This document shows positions 28,759-37,348 of a DNA stretch of 64,000 bases, in pieces (positions within the stretch are counted from its first letter, which is position 1; each line of letters begins with the position of its first letter). The DNA lies in contig JBOEGD010000011.1 of assembly GCA_050633245.1 (NCBI GenBank), positions 192,001-256,000 of the forward strand. The letters run 5' to 3'. The notes below the pieces were generated by a model that saw nothing but the letters and a program-made list of their open reading frames with translations, ran no database searches and had not been told where the DNA came from. This stretch comes from Calditrichia bacterium (GTDB lineage Bacteria > Calditrichota > Calditrichia > RBG-13-44-9 > J075). Both the position numbers and the translations under genes were made by a program.

Positions 28759-28841
28759 GTTCGGGACGGTGAGGCCGGAGGTTCAAATCCTCTCACCCCG
28801 ACTTTAAGGCTCGAGAACGATTCGTTTTCGAGCCTTTTTTG
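28759..28841 (+). repeat. Copy of the tRNA-Pro(CGG) 3' half plus terminator (attR-like)
   Basis: 83 bp matching 25662-25744 with 1 mismatch. Begins just before the anticodon loop. Confidence 0.95.
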
Positions 28842-28856
28842 CGATTTAAGCTTTTG

Positions 28857-30575
28857 CTACTTCATCAAAAGTGCCCTACCAATTTTTATCTTCGAACCAG
28901 CCTGCAATCGAAAAAAGTATACGCCGCTACTCAAGTCTCCAGCATGCCAGTTGTAGACGTGGCGACCGGCAGATAGGTTTTTATTAACGAGTTCTGCAAC
29001 TTCTTCGCCAAGCGGATTGTAAATCTTCAACGATGTAAATGCGTCGCCTGGCAAATAGAATTCAATGTGGGTCGATGGATTGAAGGGATTCGGGTAGTTT
29101 TGTAGGAGCGTAAATTCCTCAAATGTTTTTATACCGTAATTCGAGGAGGCGCGAGAGCTACCATCTTTATACAGAACGTTCGACACAGGAATGGCACCTG
29201 CTGGGATTGTCTGTCGTCGATTTACCTTTGCTGCCCATTTCCTGGCATCATTATCATTCGATACGTTGTTATCCGCCAGCAGATTTGACACATAGGTCAA
29301 TACATCTCCGGCCGTGCGTCCATCTGCTGTTACAATAGTATACTGTCCCACCTTGTTAGACATCAGGTTTAGTACCAGAGCAGCGACCTGTCGGCGAGCA
29401 CGCTTGGTCTTGCTGAAATTGCGCCAAACCCGAACCAGTTTCCACCAGTCTACTAAGCTGCTTTCGCCTGAAAAATGAGTAAAGTGTGGATCATAATGCT
29501 CATGAGATTCAGCGATGTAGAGCAACAAATCTGCTTCGCTAACCTGAGTGTAAACTCCATTGCAGAATAAATGCCGAAAGAGCTGTCGAGACCAATACAC
29601 CGGCGGTTTCGAATTGTTTGCCGTTACCGTTTGTTCAAAAATGAAATCTACCGTGTCTGCATCACCGGCATCCAATGTATCCAGCTGTGGGTTGTCAACC
29701 GCAGAATATCCCAGTGGCTCGATAGCATTTAATAAATAGATGCCTGCCGGCACATCGAGAAAGGCATATTCCCCGTTAACGTTAGTCGCTAGTGTATCGA
29801 CACCACCAACAGGCGCACCGCTGGTATCAAGCAAGGCAACGTGAATTCCTGCTAGTCCGAGACCATTGGCGAATACCGTACCTGTGATATCTCCGGATGT
29901 TTCTACCTCGTCTCCAGCGATACTGACATTGTCCAGGAAGATGGCAGGTGCTTCATTTGTTCCAAATCCAACGCTGCCACTTGTCAACTCATCATCTATC
30001 GTTGTAAGTAAAAAATCCGTACCACTTCCCGGCACATTTCTGAAAGTGAGTTCATTCCCGATAACCGAAAACTCATAGCGCCCGGGTAACAAATTTATTC
30101 CCACCGAAGAAATTAAGCTGCCCTTGGATTCACTTGATATTCCAACAAAGGTTCCAGTACTGCGATTGTCTCTGAACACGACTGCGCGATAGTGGTTTGT
30201 TGGACTTTTGTAGCGCGCGAATACGCTGAGGTGATTGTTGTCGCGGATGAGTGGGCCCCCATCAAAGTCGAACTGTACCGTCACGTCGGTCAGCTCGGGT
30301 CCGGTATGCATTGCGCGGCTTATCCGGGAGAGCTCACAGTTGGCTGGTGATGCCTGTGGTGGGCGCTGGCTGCTGATGTGCAAACGTCCAGTATCAATAA
30401 CGATGGAATCGATACCGCAGGTATCCAGAAGCCAGGCTCCTCCTACATCGCCACGTTCGAAATCGTCGAAGAAACTATAGGATTGCGCATATAGTGAGGT
30501 CGAAACAAAAAACAGGGAGAAAAAAAGGAAATAAAAACTACGTCTGGTATAAAAAGATAACGTTTGGAGAGCCAT
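28857..30575 (-). CDS. Secreted multidomain protein (lectin-like beta-sandwich, SdrD/Cna-B-like domain, C-terminal T9SS type A-like sorting domain)
   Basis: AAGGAG RBS, signal peptide ending LYA-Q, TNVNGEYAF...PAGIY, LLQNYPNPFNPST...LSSGVYF. Confidence 0.85.
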   Translation of the reverse strand: MALQTLSFYTRRSFYFLFFSLFFVSTSLYAQSYSFFDDFERGDVGGAWLLDTCGIDSIVIDTGRLHISSQRPPQASPANCELSRISRAMHTGPELTDVTVQFDFDGGPLIRDNNHLSVFARYKSPTNHYRAVVFRDNRSTGTFVGISSESKGSLISSVGINLLPGRYEFSVIGNELTFRNVPGSGTDFLLTTIDDELTSGSVGFGTNEAPAIFLDNVSIAGDEVETSGDITGTVFANGLGLAGIHVALLDTSGAPVGGVDTLATNVNGEYAFLDVPAGIYLLNAIEPLGYSAVDNPQLDTLDAGDADTVDFIFEQTVTANNSKPPVYWSRQLFRHLFCNGVYTQVSEADLLLYIAESHEHYDPHFTHFSGESSLVDWWKLVRVWRNFSKTKRARRQVAALVLNLMSNKVGQYTIVTADGRTAGDVLTYVSNLLADNNVSNDNDARKWAAKVNRRQTIPAGAIPVSNVLYKDGSSRASSNYGIKTFEEFTLLQNYPNPFNPSTHIEFYLPGDAFTSLKIYNPLGEEVAELVNKNLSAGRHVYNWHAGDLSSGVYFFRLQAGSKIKIGRALLMK

Positions 30576-30908
30576 GGTAACTCCTTTCATGGACGGTGGA
30601 AGTTTACATGAGATGTATACAAACTTTCGCGTCATATGGGGAGTTGTGTGGATAGCTGAACAGGACGTTGGATTGAGATGGTTGATGGACATAGAAATGT
30701 CGGAGTGTCCTATAGTCAAATAATGTACTCTCGGGTTATTTTACAAGCTTAATTATTTTCCGTGCTGTAAGCTTAAACTCTCGCAAGCTGGCAATGATCT
30801 CTAAGCGCGAACCGGGTACGAGTAACGCAATATTAACCCTCTTTCATTTCGCAGCATTCCGTCATAAGTTTTAGCTGTGAACCAGTTAAAAAAATCCGGA
30901 GGTCTACG

Positions 30909-31886
30909 ATGCGAACTACTATTCTAGTGATCGTCTGTTTTGTTTGTTTTGGACTGAGCCTTTCTGCTCAGGAAATTCAGTCTACCGAAAAACTTCCCGA
31001 GGTTGTCATTAGCGGAACTGGTGAGACAACGATGCTGCTAATTGGTTGTATGTCGTGCCGGTGGAATGCCTGGGAGGAGTTTATGGCCCGAAATGAAGAC
31101 CGGTATACCATGTATGCGGTTACGGTTCCCGGCTATGGAGGGACTTCGGCGCCTGATCTGCCTGTAAACACTAAGGGCACACCATGGCGCGATCATTTGC
31201 TTGCCGGGCTCTCTGAGCTGCTGGACAAACATGAGTTAACAGACGTGGTGGTTATGGGACACTCCTGGGGAACGATGGTCGCGGTACAGCTGGCAGATTT
31301 GCGGCAGGATATCATCAGTAAAGTAGTTTCTGTCGATGGAACGATAGAAAGTAGCAGCTGGGTACCGGACAACAAAGTAGAGCAAATTGAGCAGGCCAAC
31401 TCGGTTATTGAGAACTACGGAGAGAAGCTGCAAAATGCTGAAGAGTGGAGTAAATTTAACGGTGCAGCCGTTGGAAATACCTTTGGCAAGACAGATAGCG
31501 TGTCGACAGAACGCATGAACACCCGAATAAAGCTGATAAGCAGCTTTATGGCGACTAACCGGCAGGCGATGCTGCAATACTGGCGGGAAAACCTGCTTGT
31601 CGATCTGTCTGCCAGTTTAATCAGGCTTAAGATCCCGGTGCTTGATATTCAATCCTTTACGGGGGAAGATCAGCTCGCGCAAAAAAAGCAACATTTGGAA
31701 ACGTTACGTCTGGCAAATGCTCCTGACAACGTTCAATCCGTATTTATGTTTGACACCAAACACTTTATTATGTATCATCGCCCGTTGGTTTTGGACAAGT
31801 TCGTTGCTGATTTTATTAAAGATAAACCAATCGCTGACTATGTTGAACCCGGTAGTTTTTTAGAAGAAGATCTGTTGGCGAACTAA
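30909..31886 (+). CDS. Secreted alpha/beta hydrolase
   Basis: Signal peptide, PGYG, GHSWG nucleophile elbow, KHFIM. Confidence 0.85.
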   Translation: MRTTILVIVCFVCFGLSLSAQEIQSTEKLPEVVISGTGETTMLLIGCMSCRWNAWEEFMARNEDRYTMYAVTVPGYGGTSAPDLPVNTKGTPWRDHLLAGLSELLDKHELTDVVVMGHSWGTMVAVQLADLRQDIISKVVSVDGTIESSSWVPDNKVEQIEQANSVIENYGEKLQNAEEWSKFNGAAVGNTFGKTDSVSTERMNTRIKLISSFMATNRQAMLQYWRENLLVDLSASLIRLKIPVLDIQSFTGEDQLAQKKQHLETLRLANAPDNVQSVFMFDTKHFIMYHRPLVLDKFVADFIKDKPIADYVEPGSFLEEDLLAN

Positions 31887-32008
31887 GAGTTTCTTGGTCC
31901 GCTTGTTAGACTTTTGTTATCAAAATGTGATACTTTTGTAAAGACAAATCAGCTTTTGTCGTTACATTGTGGGTCAACCTAAACCCATTACTATTTCAGG
32001 AGAATGAC

Positions 32009-32731
32009 ATGAGACCACTAAAGATGCTAACCGGAATAAGTATTGCCCTTCTTTTCCTCAGTAGCTGCGCTGAAAAGCCCGCTCCGAAAGTCGAGGCTGC
32101 TCCGCTGGTCAGTGCCATTAATTCAAAGGACATTCAAAAAGCTACTTCGCCGCAGGCTGTTGTTGATGACTTGATGGCTGGTAATAAACGCTATATGAAA
32201 AACGATTTAACTGCCCGCGACCTGCCGGCACAAGTTAAGGCAACAACCGGTGGACAGGCACCGAAGGCAATTGTGCTTGCCTGTGTAGATTCACGTGTTC
32301 CTGTTGAAATGGCCTTTGACCAGGGAGTTGGCGATATCTTTGTTGCTCGCGTTGCCGGTAATGCCGAAAACGAGGACATCCTTGGAAGCATTGAGTATGC
32401 CATGGGCGTTGCCGGATCCAAAGTGTTGATGGTTCTTGGTCACGAAAGCTGCGGCGCTGTAAAGTCCGGAATCGATAAGCTGGACGTTGGTAGCAGCAAC
32501 GTAACGCATCTGCTGAATAACTTTGAGCCTGCAATTGCTGCAGTAGACGGCGAGCGCAACTCCAAGAATAAAACTTACATGGCTAACGTTGTGAAGGCAA
32601 ATGTAAAGCAGACCGTCGCCGATATCCGCACCAGAAGCTCGATCATTAAAGGACTCGAAGACAGCGGTAAGGCAAAAATTGTTGGCGCATATTACAGCCT
32701 GCAAGACGGTAGCGTATCCGTTGTAAACTAA
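32009..32731 (+). CDS. Beta-class carbonic anhydrase, lipoprotein
   Basis: Lipobox LSSC, CVDSRV, RVAGN, GHESCGAV. Confidence 0.93.
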   Translation: MRPLKMLTGISIALLFLSSCAEKPAPKVEAAPLVSAINSKDIQKATSPQAVVDDLMAGNKRYMKNDLTARDLPAQVKATTGGQAPKAIVLACVDSRVPVEMAFDQGVGDIFVARVAGNAENEDILGSIEYAMGVAGSKVLMVLGHESCGAVKSGIDKLDVGSSNVTHLLNNFEPAIAAVDGERNSKNKTYMANVVKANVKQTVADIRTRSSIIKGLEDSGKAKIVGAYYSLQDGSVSVVN

Positions 32732-32762
32732 GCTGCTTTTAATATTTGTAATATATCTTTTA

Positions 32763-32797
32763 AGGTCCGGGGACAATTTGTTCTCGGACCTTTTTTC
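32763..32797 (+). terminator. Rho-independent terminator
   Basis: AAGGTCCGGGGACAA...TTGTTCTCGGACCTT followed by a T tract. Confidence 0.8.
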
Positions 32798-32957
32798 TTA
32801 CAGCATTATTCAATCTACCGCATAATCTGTTCACCGTTCACCGTTCAAAAAAATAACGCTAATTTTAATTTCTTTCAGCAAAATTAAAAAAGTGCATAAT
32901 ATCTAAGTATCCTGTGCTGTCCATTATGTTTAGTAAACTTGTTGGAGAGGGATAGAT

Positions 32958-34058
32958 ATGTATGCTTTTATGATAAGAAACAGATGCGTCTATAGCATTT
33001 GGATCTATTGTGCATCTCTTTTTCTGTTCCTTGCTTTAGCCTCATGCTCTGATAATTCTACATCTCCGGTAGGGGAGGATGGCTATAAGCTTGTGCATTA
33101 TTCGGGCGAAATCAACTTTTCCGGCGAGCTAAATCTGTTAGATCCATTTAGTGGAAATACGAAGAAACTTGGTGGTGTTTTCGCTACTGCCCGAAAAGCA
33201 GTGTTCTCGCCTAATGGGGAATTTGTTTTAGCAATTAACACATCACGCCCATCAACTTCAAGCCCGCTTTATGTCTCTGAGCCTTCCGGGGAAAATCCCG
33301 TCGTTGTTCCAGGCAGTGAGGGCGTTTCCCTTGCAAATTTTTCGTCAGACGGAAATTATGTCGCATTTCTTAATCTCTACCAACTCAGCATTCATAATCG
33401 AACTACCGGGGAAACCAATCTGATTGAGTTAGGCACGCTCGATCCGGATATTTTTGATCTGCCCGCCTGGTTTCCTGATCGAAATACATTTGTTGTATTG
33501 GTTACTGAATCACCCTCTTCCTCACTACCGTTTTTTATTGAATATGATCCAGCCACAAAAACCTACGAGCAGATTTCTGACAGCCTTACTTCTTGTTCAG
33601 AAATATCCACCTCACCGGATGGACGCTTCCTGATGTATGTAAGTCGTAGCAGGCTTAATTCTGAAACGCGCTATGCTATCCAACGCTTGAATATTAGTGA
33701 GCGTCAACCACAAGTGTTGTTGGATTGTGGCAAACGCCGCATTTTTAACATAGCGATTTCTCCAAATGGTGAATGGATATCCTTTTTGCATGAGACTAAA
33801 AAAGGATATCGATATTATGAGCTCTTCTTAATGCGTTCTGATGGGACAGAATTGCGACAACTAACCGATCTGACAAGTGACCTGGAACAGCCTGTGTGGC
33901 GTCCCGATAGCGAAGGTATCGCTTATCTAAGTCAGTTTGAACTCGCTGGTAGAAAAATTTATTACTACAATTTGAATACCGGCAGAAACAGCGTGTTGTT
34001 GAATGCCACTTACATTGACTTTCAGACGTGGGTTCCTTTGATTACTGAAGGATTTTAA
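32958..34058 (+). CDS. TolB-like beta-propeller lipoprotein 1
   Basis: Lipobox LASC, repeated SPDG/SPNG/WRPD (PD40) motifs. Confidence 0.85.
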   Translation: MYAFMIRNRCVYSIWIYCASLFLFLALASCSDNSTSPVGEDGYKLVHYSGEINFSGELNLLDPFSGNTKKLGGVFATARKAVFSPNGEFVLAINTSRPSTSSPLYVSEPSGENPVVVPGSEGVSLANFSSDGNYVAFLNLYQLSIHNRTTGETNLIELGTLDPDIFDLPAWFPDRNTFVVLVTESPSSSLPFFIEYDPATKTYEQISDSLTSCSEISTSPDGRFLMYVSRSRLNSETRYAIQRLNISERQPQVLLDCGKRRIFNIAISPNGEWISFLHETKKGYRYYELFLMRSDGTELRQLTDLTSDLEQPVWRPDSEGIAYLSQFELAGRKIYYYNLNTGRNSVLLNATYIDFQTWVPLITEGF

Positions 34059-34075
34059 GAGAGGCCTGGAAAAAC

Positions 34076-35149
34076 ATGAAAAATTACCTTGTTCATTTTG
34101 CACATATTTCTCGGCGTTTTATTCTATGCATAGGCAGCTTGTTGTTAGTCATATCGGTAATTGCTTGCAGCGATAGTGGAACAGAACCTGACAACTCCAT
34201 GTCGTATAAAATTCTGTTTCAAGGAAAGAAAACGACTGATGACCCGTGGCTAACCTATGAATTTAATCCGGCACTGGATACTTTCAGGAAAGTGACAAAG
34301 TCATTCGTCAGCACCCGCTCAGCATCATATTCACCTGACGGCACGCGCTTGCTGATTAATGGTAAAATGAACCTTTCTGAACCGTTGCGTCTATATTTGG
34401 TGAATCGATCAGACTCAGAAGCTCAAGTCGTTGATCAAACCGAAGAGGTGCGATTTCCAGCCTGGTCGCATGATAGCCAGCTAATTAGTTACTATAAACA
34501 GCGATATTTTGTGCACAACCTGGCCTCTGGCGCTGTAGATGAGGTGGCACCAGGCATCGACTATGATCCGGATCCATTTGCATGGAGTCCGCTTGAGAAC
34601 CGTCTTTTATTGAATGGGCTTTCCTTAAACGATCAATATTCCTTTTTGTTTGAATATGATGTGGAAACACAGAGCACGAATCGAATATCAGATACGCTGA
34701 GCTATGGAAGTGATCTTGTCTATTCTCCGGATGGTGGATCTGTAACTTTTGTCCATACATTTAAAAATCTGTGGCAAGTTTTGCAGTTAACAATTGGCCA
34801 GTCGAGTCCGGATACGTTGTTGGGACGTGACGGAATAATTACCGAATTGTCAGACCCTTGCTATTCCCCGGATGGAATTTGGATGGCCTTTACGTTCGGT
34901 GCCAGATCTGGTGATTTGTGGCTTCAGCATGTAACAACCGGAGAAACTCGAAATATCGGAGATCTGCCGGGCTCAGTGTTATACGCTGCCTGGCGCCCTG
35001 ATGGTGCGGGCATTGCCTTTATCGAGAAAGAATTCCTCTCAAAAACGCCACATCTTTATTACTACAGTTTGGCAGACGATACACTGATAAAGTTGTTTTC
35101 TCAATATCAAGTGAGTTCATTCTGCTGGTCGCCTGAGCCCGAGAATTAA
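34076..35149 (+). CDS. TolB-like beta-propeller lipoprotein 2
   Basis: Lipobox-like VIAC, YSPDG three times, WRPDG. Confidence 0.85.
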   Translation: MKNYLVHFAHISRRFILCIGSLLLVISVIACSDSGTEPDNSMSYKILFQGKKTTDDPWLTYEFNPALDTFRKVTKSFVSTRSASYSPDGTRLLINGKMNLSEPLRLYLVNRSDSEAQVVDQTEEVRFPAWSHDSQLISYYKQRYFVHNLASGAVDEVAPGIDYDPDPFAWSPLENRLLLNGLSLNDQYSFLFEYDVETQSTNRISDTLSYGSDLVYSPDGGSVTFVHTFKNLWQVLQLTIGQSSPDTLLGRDGIITELSDPCYSPDGIWMAFTFGARSGDLWLQHVTTGETRNIGDLPGSVLYAAWRPDGAGIAFIEKEFLSKTPHLYYYSLADDTLIKLFSQYQVSSFCWSPEPEN

Positions 35150-35243
35150 CAAAAATGGATACAAGGGTATTTTCTTTTAGCAGGATTTTAGAATTAGAAC
35201 TCTTAGTTGGGAACGCATTTAGACTTTTTAGTGGGAGTGTGAA

Positions 35244-36353
35244 ATGAAGAATCTGTTTAACTGTCTCCTTGTTTTTATTGTGCTCTTTTTAGGATGTTCA
35301 AGCGACCCTCAGAGTCCAACGCCAATGGATCCGGTTGACAATGGTAAAACGTATAAAGTGAGTTTTGTTGGCCGGGACAACTCGCCCGCTGGTGTTATAC
35401 TTCCCTATTTAGGTGATATTACCCTACTTGAACATCAGCTGTTTACCGACGAGTTGCCTTGGGCAAGCACTATGTCTCCGTCACCTGATGGCAATAGGGT
35501 GGCATTCGTAAGTTCTGAAACTTTGGGGTCAGTTTTTCAGATCTATCTGTCTGATGCAAGCGGGACAAATATACTGGCCCTACCCGATTCAGAATACCCA
35601 TCCCGGCATTATTGGAGCCCCAATAGTCAGGAGCTTTTGGTTGGCTTCGGCAATTCTTTGAAGTTATTTAATGCTGCTACCTTAGATTCAAGAACTCTGG
35701 AAAAAGCCGGGTTTGAGCTAATGGGTTTTACTCCGATGGCATGGGGACCTGAGTCAGACAAGATATACCTTAGAGCCAGGCCGGATTCGAACTTTTTTGA
35801 AATAAATATATTCGAACTCGATCTAAACACAGCCGCCTTTATACAATTGACTCGCATAGCTGACTCGAATGTTGGTGAGTTTTGCATTTCTGCTGATGGA
35901 AAATTCCTTTTCTATGTGACGTTCGAAATTTCCGGTGGAATCGATAAGTATACGCTTATCAAAAAGGACATTCTCTTGGGTAATGTCGATACCTTACTCA
36001 CCGCATCGGATGAGCGCGTGGTCCGTAAACCATTAGTATCTCCAGACAACCAACATATCGCATTTCAATATACGGCCAGCATCAATCCAGGTAAGCTTGA
36101 GCTCTACCTAATGAATCTGGATGGGAGCGACCTCTCAAGATTTACGTTCCTGCAAAAACACGCATTTGATCATGCCTGGCGTCCGGATAGCAAAGGTCTG
36201 GCCTTTTTCGGCCAGAAGCCGGGAGAGGAACCGGATGTGTTTTACCAAGCTCTCACGGAGAATGAGGCGGTACGGGTTTCATCAAATATGGAGCAACTCA
36301 GAACGCTCGGCTGGATGCCTTTTAAAACAGCGCCATTCGACTCTAGCGAATAA
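35244..36353 (+). CDS. TolB-like beta-propeller lipoprotein 3
   Basis: Lipobox FLGC, SPDG, WSPN, WRPDS. Confidence 0.85.
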   Translation: MKNLFNCLLVFIVLFLGCSSDPQSPTPMDPVDNGKTYKVSFVGRDNSPAGVILPYLGDITLLEHQLFTDELPWASTMSPSPDGNRVAFVSSETLGSVFQIYLSDASGTNILALPDSEYPSRHYWSPNSQELLVGFGNSLKLFNAATLDSRTLEKAGFELMGFTPMAWGPESDKIYLRARPDSNFFEINIFELDLNTAAFIQLTRIADSNVGEFCISADGKFLFYVTFEISGGIDKYTLIKKDILLGNVDTLLTASDERVVRKPLVSPDNQHIAFQYTASINPGKLELYLMNLDGSDLSRFTFLQKHAFDHAWRPDSKGLAFFGQKPGEEPDVFYQALTENEAVRVSSNMEQLRTLGWMPFKTAPFDSSE

Positions 36354-36447
36354 AACTTGTGGCGTTTAACCTGGCACCACCTTCTCCAAGGCTGCACCGG
36401 GTGGTGTTTTCCATTGCATTCTTCGGTGAAAGAGCTCATCTTTCACT

Positions 36448-37278
36448 ATGAGACCTCTTTATTTCCTGACACCTCCCGATATACAGAAACTGGACTTTAG
36501 TGAACATGTCTCTCTATCACTTGATTGTGGAAAATCCTTCAGAAGTGTTTCTGTAAAAGATAGCCAGATTCGATTCAACGATGTTTCACTTCCCGTTCCG
36601 TCACTGGCACTTACAAATGAGAGAACGATCTTAATTTACAAAGATGGCGAATGGCAAAAGTGGCAACGCTTCGATGAAGAGACGAATAAATTCTACAAAA
36701 TGATCTTCGTACTCGAAGGCAAGCCGCCAACTGTAGAAATCAGCGGGATTAAGATGCACGTGACGATGGATGGACATCCCGGGCTCGATACGGAACGCAA
36801 GCTGCGTGAGCTGGGCAAGATTGAGGGCGGGGTAGTGGACATCTGTTGCGGGCTTGGTTATACCGCGCAGGCATTGGCCAGCAAGCCGGGAGTAGCGCAC
36901 GTTACGGTATTCGAGCGCGATGCAAATATGTTGGCGCTTTGTCGCGAGAACCCCTGGAGCGCCGGCCTTTGGAATAATGAAAAAATCTCGATCCACCACC
37001 AGAGTGCGGTAGATGGAATTCTTACCCTATCCGATAAGAGCTGCGCGGCAATTCTGCACGACCCACCACGCTTTGCCCTGGCCCCGGAACTATATGAGGT
37101 CGACTTTTACCGGGAATGTCGCCGCATTCTTTCAAAACGCGGGCGTATCTATCACTACACCGGAAACCCTAATCAGCATCGAAAAAAGTCGCTGCCGGAA
37201 CGCACCATTGAGCGGTTAACAGAAGCTGGATTTCGCAACGCGCGGGAAGCGTATCAGGGCGTGAAAGCAATGGCATAA
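36448..37278 (+). CDS. Class I SAM-dependent methyltransferase
   Basis: VDICCGLGYTA, FERD, HDPPRF. Confidence 0.85.
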   Translation: MRPLYFLTPPDIQKLDFSEHVSLSLDCGKSFRSVSVKDSQIRFNDVSLPVPSLALTNERTILIYKDGEWQKWQRFDEETNKFYKMIFVLEGKPPTVEISGIKMHVTMDGHPGLDTERKLRELGKIEGGVVDICCGLGYTAQALASKPGVAHVTVFERDANMLALCRENPWSAGLWNNEKISIHHQSAVDGILTLSDKSCAAILHDPPRFALAPELYEVDFYRECRRILSKRGRIYHYTGNPNQHRKKSLPERTIERLTEAGFRNAREAYQGVKAMA

Positions 37279-37348
37279 CGCCCGGCATTATCTCTGTTTC
37301 CAAATATTGCCCGCTTTTATCTACCGTTTTCGATTCTTATATTGCTGC

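Larger units (their letters stand above)
25745..28841. mobile_element. Tandem tRNA-anchored islets (two cassettes, no integrase visible)
   Basis: Bounded by direct repeats of the tRNA-Pro 3' end plus terminator. The second cassette is AT-rich. Confidence 0.7.

Noticed and set aside
25662-28841. Three direct repeats as a CRISPR array or additional tRNA genes
   Set aside because: The spacers are kilobase-sized and contain genes, there are no cas genes, and the copies lack the tRNA 5' half.
25506-28956. ORFs 25506-25751 and 28666-28956 sharing the peptide [19 protein letters not shown]
   Set aside because: The shared peptide is simply the translated tRNA and att repeat.
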